Program-made: the position numbers and the translations under genes
Shown here: piece after piece, positions 37,620 through 45,432 of the stretch
Layout of the letters: each line of letters starts with the position of its first letter
How positions within the stretch are numbered: position 1 is the first letter of the stretch
Source of the DNA: a virus
Lineage: Duplodnaviria; Caudoviricetes
DNA: 45,721 nt
Reading direction: 5' to 3' (one strand)
IMG/VR virus record: IMGVR_UViG_3300030330_003185
Coordinates: 1-45,721 of that record
The notes under the pieces: generated by a model
What the model was told of the DNA's origin: nothing
Databases searched by the model: none
The model's input: the letters and a program-made list of their open reading frames with translations, nothing else

Positions 37620-38330
37620 TCGCCCGAAGGCAACCCTCCGAGGGGCTTTGGGTATATGAACCCCAACTTTGAGGATGAACCTACGTTTCCATTGGAGTCA
37701 ATCCGATTCCAAATTTACACCTCTTTTTTGTCCAAAATACTTTTTACTTATGATACATAACATTTTCATTTCTAAAGGTCTATGAACCTATTCTAAGCCT
37801 AACAAACGCTATTCCGTCAGTTTGCCGTCGTTGGGCTTTTGGAAAAATGTCTCCAAGTCAGGGCCACGATTATAACTTAGAAATGAAGGTTCTGGCTATC
37901 TATGCAACACAAACTCGAAGTTTCTTCGCACATGGCCCTCGATTCTAATATTCTAAATTCTAACGACCCCCCCTCCCCTCTCCTTTCTATTCCATGACCC
38001 CCCCCTCCCTTTCTGTGGCTCTCCTAAGTAGTAGTAGTAGTATAGTATATAATAATTATAAAATTAAAATATTAGACTACCCTACGGGTTGTGTTGCATA
38101 ACCCTCGCGTTTCTTCGAAGTCTTTCGATTCTAACCCCCAACGACCCGTTATAAACATGAATTACTTCACTATAGTATAAGATACAGATATAGTCATAAC
38201 GTATAGTCATAAGAGCAATTGGTGATGACCCAATTAACGCAGGCAGATTCAAGGGGTTAAATGATTATACCCTAATAAAGTAAGAAGAGGGTAGGTATCT
38301 AAGCCAAACGCTTTCTTTCCTTCGTTTAAC
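37620..38330. other. non-coding strand-switch region, candidate replication origin
   Basis: AT-rich core ~38030-38075 flanked by a 12-bp inverted repeat (37901-37912 / 38089-38100) and C-runs. Confidence 0.45.
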
Positions 38331-38402
38331 AACCATATGGTATGCTTTGAAATCCCCATACATAAAGTCAAAATTGCCATATTAGACGTGGAAGGTGAAA
38401 AC

Positions 38403-38657
38403 ATGATGAACGGACACTTGGACAATGAAACGCGCGACTACATGAACATGAAGGGCATTGAGTCCCTTCAAATGGCCCTCGGGGTGTGTGCTGATAGGTT
38501 CGGCACATTCTTTGAATACAGGGTCCATTTGAGGCAGGCAGCGCACTTTTTCGGCTCGGACGAATTTGACGCAGAATTGGCCTTCTTTGAGGCTGCATGG
38601 GACGAGAAGTCCTATGTGAACATCGAAGCCCTATTTAGGCCTTGGATGGAGTCCTAA
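38403..38657 (+). CDS. hypothetical cassette protein
   Basis: AGGTGA RBS then ATG; followed by hairpin terminator 38675-38706. Confidence 0.7.
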   Translation: MMNGHLDNETRDYMNMKGIESLQMALGVCADRFGTFFEYRVHLRQAAHFFGSDEFDAELAFFEAAWDEKSYVNIEALFRPWMES

Positions 38658-38807
38658 GCGTGAAAAACCAAAAAATCGGCACGGATTTGCGACCCGTGCC
38701 GGTTTTCCTCCACGTTGGGGTTTCACCTTATCTCAAAGTTACGTAACAACCATATGGTAATGTGACTTTGATGAATACCCTAATAAAGTCCATTTAACGC
38801 ATTAAGC

Positions 38808-38984
38808 ATGGTGAACGATTGGAAGCCCGTTGCAGTTATGGAAGGAATGCAGGAAGTTTGGGTCACTTTCTATAGTGAAGAACTCGACCAAGAAAAGAGC
38901 ATTCAAATTTGCTCAGTTGATGACCTGATTTGGCGTTTTGTTGGCGATGACGTTTCTGAATTGATTGAAGAGGAGGGGTATTGA
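38808..38984 (+). CDS. hypothetical acidic 58-aa protein, probably leaderless
   Basis: Manual translation MVNDWKPVAVMEG...EEEGY; TATA-like ACCCTAATAAAG at 38777. Confidence 0.6.
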   Translation: MVNDWKPVAVMEGMQEVWVTFYSEELDQEKSIQICSVDDLIWRFVGDDVSELIEEEGY

Positions 38985-39116
38985 ATGACCGAGATAAGTT
39001 ATGAGAAAGCGCGAAAGGTGGCCATTGCATGGTCGCTTAGAATGTATTTGGGGCGAATGCCCACAAAAGAAGAGGTTGAATTGGCCTTGGAACTAACAAA
39101 GGAGGAAGAAGAATGA
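38985..39116 (+). CDS. hypothetical 43-aa protein
   Basis: MTEISYEKARK...KEEEE; GGAGG RBS, abuts neighbours. Confidence 0.55.
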   Translation: MTEISYEKARKVAIAWSLRMYLGRMPTKEEVELALELTKEEEE

Positions 39117-39319
39117 GCATGAGTAGGAAAGATTTTGAAATGTTTGCGGACGCTTTCGGAAAGGTGTTTTTTGGATGCCTTCCGAATTTGGATGCGTCGG
39201 AAGGTGTTTCTTTGGCCCTTAAGGCCTTCATGGACGTTTGTGAGGAGATTAATCCTCGCTTTGACCGTGAGAGGTTCAAAGATCGCGTAAAGGACCAAAT
39301 GCGAGGCGAATGGGAATGA
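39113..39319 (+). CDS. hypothetical protein (MSRKDF...NPRFDRERF type)
   Basis: ATGA overlap; followed by hairpin plus T-tract. Confidence 0.7.
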   Translation: MSMSRKDFEMFADAFGKVFFGCLPNLDASEGVSLALKAFMDVCEEINPRFDRERFKDRVKDQMRGEWE

Positions 39320-39465
39320 CCGATGACCCCAAATTGTCAGGATTTGGGCGAGGTCATTTTAATCCCAAAGTTACATCTGACCATATGGTAGTAAAACTTT
39401 GAGATAGAAAACCCCAATGGTCAAAAATTGACCAAAGGGAGCCACGACGGGGAATCATAGCCTAA

Positions 39466-39990
39466 TCACTCTTCTTGAGTCACCTCCGACTCATTAAGGG
39501 CAGGAGGAGTCATGCCCTGCGGAATACCGCCTTCAACCGTTCCATTCCAACGGTTTTCCTTCAATGCAACCATGCACGCGCGACGGGCCTTCTTGCCGAA
39601 ATACTCGGCCATATCGGCAGGAGTCGCATAAACGCCACCGGTCTTACCGTGCGGAAGGATGACTTGACCCATAAGGTCGAAATGGGCCTCAAAGACACCC
39701 ACAAAGACACTTTCCACCGCATTCACCACAGAATCCACAGATGCCTGCACTTCTGGGCTGAGGCTTGAACCTCGACCACGCTTGATGAAGGTATTTGGGA
39801 GGCCTCCGGCCATCGCCCGAATACCCGCCCAAAGGCGTTCGGATTCTGCATTGTCCGACGCAGACGCCTGAAGAAGGTTCAGGGTTCCGCGCAGGACTTC
39901 GGCATAAGGGCCTGCATCGTTTTCATTCAGCCAAGCGAGTCCAATACTCGCCTTCGTGTTCCAATATTGTTCGTTCTTTTCAATCGCCAT
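39466..39990 (-). CDS. uncharacterised protein, paralog family member 2
   Basis: WLNENDAG, ERLWAGIR, KRGRGSSL, HGKTGG, WNGT. Confidence 0.85.
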   Translation of the reverse strand: MAIEKNEQYWNTKASIGLAWLNENDAGPYAEVLRGTLNLLQASASDNAESERLWAGIRAMAGGLPNTFIKRGRGSSLSPEVQASVDSVVNAVESVFVGVFEAHFDLMGQVILPHGKTGGVYATPADMAEYFGKKARRACMVALKENRWNGTVEGGIPQGMTPPALNESEVTQEE

Positions 39991-40112
39991 GATAAATCAC
40001 CTCATGTCGGCTTTGACTCCCCGTCGAAGCATTATAGAGCCATTATCACACTTAATATAGGGTTATTCCAAAGTAACAACCATATGGTAATAAACGCTTT
40101 GGAAATAAAAAA

Positions 40113-40404
40113 CCCCGAAGGGCGGTGAGCCGGATTGAATACCGACATGAATGAAGCAGTTTAGGTCTGCTTTGACCGTCGCTCTCTAGTTCCTGAGTCT
40201 AGAAGCCATTCAATCACATTCACCGACGAATCCGCTAAGATTCGCGCCCTTTTGAGGTCTTACCCCGGCATGTTTCCGTTAAGCCAGAGCATCACGCATT
40301 CACGCATTCTCTCTGGAGAAACTGACCCGCTAAGGTCGAATGTGTCCCTTACCCCCGAGCAGAGGGTTTTCGGGCATCACCTGTGCCGGTGGCCGCCGAC
40401 ACAT
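40113..40404 (-). ncRNA. candidate ~290-nt structured non-coding RNA
   Basis: Own TATA promoter (40421-40433) and T-tract end, no credible ORF, multiple helices including two hairpins with identical TTAGCG loops. Confidence 0.6.
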
Positions 40405-40538
40405 TATAGGACATTAATGAGACTATATAGGGTAATCCACAAAGTTACATTACCATATGGTAAGAAGGCTTTGGAATGAATAAACCCCAATTTGCGATAA
40501 ATCGCAAAAAGGGAGCCACGGGGCGCGTGGACGCTTAA

Positions 40539-41021
40539 TCATTCCTTGTTATCCTCCATAACAGGGAAAGACTGAGATTCAAGCCCTTCACGGGTTCCGT
40601 CCCAGATTTTCTCTCGATAACGACGCTTAAGGTCGTTACCCATCTTTGAGGCATAGGTGTCCCTAACCTCTTCATCGGACTCAAAGAGTCCTCCGCCGCT
40701 CTTTCCATGCTTTCGCATCAAAAGGTAGTTATCGCCGCTGTTCCACGCATCCGCCATAGCCTCACCGTGAGCCAAAGAAAGCGCATCAATGACGCTTTCG
40801 ACTTCATCAGGCAAAGACGAGCCACGACCGCGCTTGATTGGCGAATTGGGCAGAATGCCGAGAATGGACCGAATACCGGCCCACACACGCTCACGCTCTG
40901 CATCTGTATCAGCCGGAAGAGAAAGCATACCCAGAACCACGTCATGCATGGCTCCTGCGTCGTTTTCGTTCATCCAAGCACTAATTCGGTTGATGTTCGT
41001 TGTGAATTTTTCTTGTTCCAT
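40539..41021 (-). CDS. uncharacterised protein, paralog family member 3
   Basis: WMNENDAG, ERVWAGIR, KRGRGSSL, KHGKSGGG, WDGT. Confidence 0.85.
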   Translation of the reverse strand: MEQEKFTTNINRISAWMNENDAGAMHDVVLGMLSLPADTDAERERVWAGIRSILGILPNSPIKRGRGSSLPDEVESVIDALSLAHGEAMADAWNSGDNYLLMRKHGKSGGGLFESDEEVRDTYASKMGNDLKRRYREKIWDGTREGLESQSFPVMEDNKE

Positions 41022-41087
41022 TGTTCAATTCCTCCAGAGGTCAGTTAAGCCCCCACTACGCCCCGTAGCATTCAAAGGGCCAAGATT

Positions 41088-41102
41088 GACTATAAATAGG
41101 GT
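41088..41102 (-). promoter_or_regulatory. ACCCTA+TATA promoter motif (copies also near 38269, 38777, 40049-40063, 40421-40433)
   Basis: ACCCTATTTATAGTC; related motifs precede the cassette genes. Confidence 0.6.
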
Positions 41103-41276
41103 TGAAGCAAAGTTACAACCATATGGCTTTGCTTCTAAATTTTTTTTTATTTTAAAATTGCAATCTGAACATTTTAATGTTAATCCTACGGCCTTTACAG
41201 GCATTAAAGGGTTAATCATTTCGCCCCACCGACACGGTTATATGGTCCACAAGAATACGGAGATACGGAGAGCATC

Positions 41277-41492
41277 ATGGCTAGCGAGCAAGATGTAAAG
41301 GACGCATTAACCTCTGTTGTTGCGTCTATCGAATCATTACTTGCAGATATTAAAGGTAATGAATCTAAATCAAACAAACTTACTCCCGAAACAAGATTAC
41401 TCGTTAAGCAGATTCGCACACAATTAAACACAGTTAAGTCCGAATTACTCGATTACATGAGTCCCAAGACTGTGCAAACGACGTTATTTTAA
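41277..41492 (+). CDS. small helical protein with C-terminal PIP-like QTTLF
   Basis: 71-aa ORF; amphipathic helices. Confidence 0.65.
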   Translation: MASEQDVKDALTSVVASIESLLADIKGNESKSNKLTPETRLLVKQIRTQLNTVKSELLDYMSPKTVQTTLF

Positions 41493-41685
41493 CATTTCAA
41501 TTTAAACATTTAAAAGTTAACATTAAATTAAAATGCGCGCGCCGTTAACATTTAAATCTTAAAATAAAAAAGTTGCGCGTTAATCATACACATTTTAAAC
41601 TGGAAATACATAAATTAAAATTTTAAAAAAAACGCAAGTGCCGAAAAAATTCCGCGCCATTTTTTGAGAAATTTAGGTGATTAAG

Positions 41686-41859
41686 ATGAATTGGGAAAAT
41701 ATTCTTAAGAACTTGCAAGAAGAGACTAATAGAAAACACATTCGAGAAACACGGGAGTTAGTAAATGACGCAATTATTCGCCTAGCAAGAACAGGCGAAC
41801 ATAAAGAACTGCGTATGGAACTAACTCGCATTCACGATAAACTAGAAAAACTGGAGTGA
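41686..41859 (+). CDS. WxDILK-tag protein 1
   Basis: Starts MNWENILK; AGGTGA RBS. Confidence 0.75.
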   Translation: MNWENILKNLQEETNRKHIRETRELVNDAIIRLARTGEHKELRMELTRIHDKLEKLE

Positions 41860-41865
41860 ATTAAA

Positions 41866-42063
41866 ATGACTTGGAAAAACATTTTAAAAGCAGACTTAGA
41901 AGATATTGCAGACGATATTGATAATATCGTTGAGATGATTAATGATAAGGTTATGGTTAAAACTTACAGAACGGGTGGTTTAGAAAGAGTAGATAAACTC
42001 TTAGCATCAGCCGTAATGGAATTACAAGCAGCATCTAATCTTCTTTTGGAATTGCAAGACTAA
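41866..42063 (+). CDS. WxDILK-tag protein 2
   Basis: Starts MTWKNILK. Confidence 0.75.
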   Translation: MTWKNILKADLEDIADDIDNIVEMINDKVMVKTYRTGGLERVDKLLASAVMELQAASNLLLELQD

Positions 42064-42121
42064 TAAAAAAATCCCGCCAAATTTTGAGAAACTTTTTCAT
42101 TATACAGCATAGGTGACTAAT

Positions 42122-42397
42122 ATGACTTGGGAAGATATTATCAAAGAAGAACCTCGCAAGTGGAAAATGGGCGGGAGAAAGAAAGAGCCATTAACAAAAT
42201 ACGGCACACTTGCTGGAATGGCTGAAGATTTAATCGAAGTGGCGATTATGGAAATAATGTCTACCATTAATGCTGAAATGGTTGCTGAACAGCAAGATAT
42301 GGATTTGGAAGAGGTAGGGCTTAGAGCATTGGTTCTAGGACTTGAAAGGCTTAGAGAAAGGCCAACATATCGACGTTTATCTGTTAAGTTAGAATGA
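42122..42397 (+). CDS. WxDILK-tag protein 3
   Basis: Starts MTWEDIIK. Confidence 0.8.
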   Translation: MTWEDIIKEEPRKWKMGGRKKEPLTKYGTLAGMAEDLIEVAIMEIMSTINAEMVAEQQDMDLEEVGLRALVLGLERLRERPTYRRLSVKLE

Positions 42398-42407
42398 GGT
42401 GAGCAAT

Positions 42408-42851
42408 ATGACTTGGGAAGACATTGTTAGAAAAGCAAAGGACTACGAAACAGGTAGCCCCTTAGTTGAGGGACCAAGAACAAAAGAGGAACAAGAAGAA
42501 GCAGACCTCTATTTTAGAGGTAGCAAAGAAGAACAGGATAAATACCTCAAGGAGCAAAGTAAGAAACGTGCAAGAATAGACGAAGGCATTTATGTAAATG
42601 CTTCTGTATTAATTCAATCCTTTAAGCCTGTTTCTAAGTATTTAAAGGAAGAGTCTAAGAATAACTCTGACATTCAAGTTTTTCTTAAACGCTTTAAAAA
42701 TTTAATTGAACAGGTTCTGTTAAGAATCGAGAATTCCATTAGCCAAGAAACTGACTTTGTGGAAGATTGGACACAACTAACTACGGCAAGAACAAATCAA
42801 TACTATAGAAAACTGAGAGATGACTATAGGGAAATTAAAGATGACCTTTGA
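42408..42851 (+). CDS. WxDILK-tag protein 4
   Basis: Starts MTWEDIVRK. Confidence 0.8.
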   Translation: MTWEDIVRKAKDYETGSPLVEGPRTKEEQEEADLYFRGSKEEQDKYLKEQSKKRARIDEGIYVNASVLIQSFKPVSKYLKEESKNNSDIQVFLKRFKNLIEQVLLRIENSISQETDFVEDWTQLTTARTNQYYRKLRDDYREIKDDL

Positions 42852-42861
42852 GGTGAACAAT

Positions 42862-43323
42862 ATGACTTGGGAAGATATTTTAAAGAAAGTATCCCCTGTT
42901 TTTCAGGCTTCTAATTGGAAAAATCCTAGAGAATTGACTAGTTTATTATTTGCTAGAAACATTGGTTCAGGATTGATTGAAGAACTTGATTTAAATGATG
43001 CTTACTTTTTGCTAGATGGGCCATTCTATGATGAAGATATTGGTAGGATGCTGTATGGCGACAACCATACAGGCGATTTAGAGGCAGATTTAAGAATTGT
43101 GGATGAATTTTTTACTGCATTTAAGGAAGCCTTTAACATTACTAGAATCAACCGAGGCAGAAACGGAATTAACAATGAAATGGGAAATATGTTAATCAAT
43201 AAAATACGATTCGAAGGAGATAGGGAAATCTATGATAAATTAAAAGGTTTTATTAAACCTCAGTATCATCAGGGTTTTGAAAATTCAATTAAAAGATTCC
43301 AAAAGAAAAAAGAACAGAGGTGA
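42862..43323 (+). CDS. WxDILK-tag protein 5
   Basis: Starts MTWEDILK. Confidence 0.8.
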   Translation: MTWEDILKKVSPVFQASNWKNPRELTSLLFARNIGSGLIEELDLNDAYFLLDGPFYDEDIGRMLYGDNHTGDLEADLRIVDEFFTAFKEAFNITRINRGRNGINNEMGNMLINKIRFEGDREIYDKLKGFIKPQYHQGFENSIKRFQKKKEQR

Positions 43324-43328
43324 GCAAT

Positions 43329-43748
43329 ATGACTTGGTTTGATATTTTAAAAGACGCAAGGCTAGAAGGTGTATATTTAGAATTAGGTGATGGTAAGGTT
43401 CTCGTAGGGGATGATTTAGAAATCACGCTTGAATTAAAAGAAGTTTCTGGAGATTACCGTAGAAACCCCTCGGTTTTAGGAGATTCCAAAGAAAATTTGT
43501 CTGATTCGAGAGGATATTCATTTTATGATTATGAATACGCTTTTATGCCTAAATTGAAAGGAAGTATTACTTTAGTAGATGAGAATGACGTAGAGATAAA
43601 GGAGTTCAAAGCAGAAGAAATTGGCGTTTCATTTGAAGGCGGCTCTTTCAAAAACATTAAGGATTTCCCTGTTCCCATTAAATTTTTAACCGAATTAGAT
43701 TATGATAATGAGGAACCTTTTATTTATATTACTATGTTGGTGGGTTGA
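43329..43748 (+). CDS. WxDILK-tag protein 6
   Basis: Starts MTWFDILK. Confidence 0.8.
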   Translation: MTWFDILKDARLEGVYLELGDGKVLVGDDLEITLELKEVSGDYRRNPSVLGDSKENLSDSRGYSFYDYEYAFMPKLKGSITLVDENDVEIKEFKAEEIGVSFEGGSFKNIKDFPVPIKFLTELDYDNEEPFIYITMLVG

Positions 43749-44066
43749 ATGACTTGGAAAGATATTCTAAAAATTGATATGAAAGAGGCTCGTCGTCTTG
43801 GGGAAAAATATGCTCCCGAAGAAATGGGAAGAGGGCCAACTAGAGATAATGGGATGATGTCTGAATTAGAACGTCGTGTTCAAAGCGTTAAATCTGCACC
43901 ACCCGGACTTCAACGAAGAAGTGCTTTACAGTTATTGAGAGATGCCGCAGAAAGAGCAGGTATGCCTGATGCTTCAACAAAGTCTCTTGCCGAAATTTCG
44001 AACTTTGTTAGAGAAATGAAGGTTCGAAGTAAAGGTAATCAATCTAATTCTGGAACTGCGGCTTGA
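43749..44066 (+). CDS. WxDILK-tag protein 7
   Basis: Starts MTWKDILK. Confidence 0.8.
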   Translation: MTWKDILKIDMKEARRLGEKYAPEEMGRGPTRDNGMMSELERRVQSVKSAPPGLQRRSALQLLRDAAERAGMPDASTKSLAEISNFVREMKVRSKGNQSNSGTAA

Positions 44067-44077
44067 GGCGATTAAAT

Positions 44078-44446
44078 ATGTCTTGGTTTAACGTTCTTAA
44101 GAGTCCACGCGGATTCCTTGAAGGAATTGCTGAAAAGCATGGTGGAAACGTTAAGGGCAAAATTAGCAAAGCAGGACACGCTAACTTTCAACTTCAAAAC
44201 GAATGGTTGAAAATTTTGGTCAAAAGTGACCGTCAAGGAAAAATGCACGTTCATCTACAAAGCGACTATGGAGAGAACGAATCATATTCTAACTATGACC
44301 TTAGTGAGATTTACTCACAAGTTTTGAATAAGTTAGATGAAGATACAGAAAAAGCAGCGGGAGCCGTAACTACGGCAACGCCCGGTATTATCAATGTTAG
44401 ATACTCCCCAAAGGAGGATGAAGAAGATGGCGAGAAAGAGGACTAA
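44078..44446 (+). CDS. WxDILK-tag protein 8
   Basis: Starts MSWFNVLK. Confidence 0.75.
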   Translation: MSWFNVLKSPRGFLEGIAEKHGGNVKGKISKAGHANFQLQNEWLKILVKSDRQGKMHVHLQSDYGENESYSNYDLSEIYSQVLNKLDEDTEKAAGAVTTATPGIINVRYSPKEDEEDGEKED

Positions 44447-45431
44447 AAAGGCAACAACTCGCGTAGGTGGGAATGTAATTACCCACGATACCTACAAGTT
44501 CAAGTCCGAATATTCTGATTGGAAGTCAGAAATGCAAGGCGTAGGTGGTGAGTCAATTGGCGTCAAAGGTAAGAATCTTTATGAGATGATTGCTAACCAC
44601 GGAGTTGGAACAAGAGACACTTCTCCAAATGATGGCAAGACTGTTAAAACTAGCAATCTTATTAAGACGATTGAAGACCTTTTTGAAAAGGAATACATGG
44701 AAAAGAAAGACCTTGACCTAATCAAAAACTTTATTTCTACTCTTGATGAAATTGAAGGTGATGAGGAATTAGACCCTCGTAACATCGTATTTACTGAGCC
44801 TGCTGATTATGAAGTTGTTGGCCGTGGTGATAGAAAAAGAGTAGTTGCGGTGGGTAAGAAAACTAGAAAAGTCTATGGTCACTTTTTAACTCCGTATTAT
44901 GCAGCAAAGCACGGTGGTAAACCAAATAAAAGTTGGTATTCAGATACTGCGGGTAGTGCTAATCCTCCTCTTTATGCTGCTATTTTTGGTGGGGGTTTTG
45001 GCTCTTCTCCGAGTCTAAAGGAACTATTAGAGCGAGCCGCAGAAGAAGTTGATGACGCTCCTATTGAAGTTGAAATCAATGACCTTAAAAAAGTGGATGC
45101 TTTAACTAAGGTTAGCGGTATTGCTAGATTTATCAACGCCGCTTTCAAACTCGATGCTCTTTACGATGGGAACATTCTTTCTAGAGATAAACTCGCAGAC
45201 CACTTTAACGCTGCAAGAATTACTCTTAGTGATGTTCAGGGAAAGAAACTTGCAGAAGCATTAGGATTGACCGGCGACATTAACGCCGTTACGTTTAATC
45301 TCGATGCTTCTGAAACTGAAAAATTAGTTCGTGGTGCAGCGACTAGAAACCCAAGTGTGAAAGAAGTTGATTCATTAGAGCGAGATGGCGAGAAAGTCGT
45401 CTTAAAATGGGAAGACATTCTGAGGGCTTGA
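44427..45431 (+). CDS. hypothetical protein carrying the same tag at its C-terminus
   Basis: Likely start MARKRTKK; ends LKWEDILRA. Confidence 0.8.
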   Translation: MARKRTKKATTRVGGNVITHDTYKFKSEYSDWKSEMQGVGGESIGVKGKNLYEMIANHGVGTRDTSPNDGKTVKTSNLIKTIEDLFEKEYMEKKDLDLIKNFISTLDEIEGDEELDPRNIVFTEPADYEVVGRGDRKRVVAVGKKTRKVYGHFLTPYYAAKHGGKPNKSWYSDTAGSANPPLYAAIFGGGFGSSPSLKELLERAAEEVDDAPIEVEINDLKKVDALTKVSGIARFINAAFKLDALYDGNILSRDKLADHFNAARITLSDVQGKKLAEALGLTGDINAVTFNLDASETEKLVRGAATRNPSVKEVDSLERDGEKVVLKWEDILRA

Positions 45432-45432
45432 A

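Larger units (their letters stand above)
38332..41131 (+). repeat. six co-oriented palindromic repeats CAAAGTTAC-Nx-ACCATATGG(T)-Nx-CTTTG
   Basis: Cores at 38332, 38749, 39380, 40079, 40452, 41118; the first copy lacks the left arm. Confidence 0.9.

Noticed and set aside
40113-40404. tmRNA, RNase P RNA or tRNA identity for the ncRNA candidate; ORF 40252-40479
   Set aside because: No GGGG..G/CCACCA tRNA-Ala ends, no GAGGAAAGTCC P4 motif, no canonical T-loop; the ORF has no RBS and runs across the promoter and repeat
38332-41131. CRISPR array interpretation of the ACCATATGG repeats
   Set aside because: Spacers are 370-700 bp and contain genes; repeats are degenerate; the Cas4-like gene is a solo viral nuclease with no cas1/cas2
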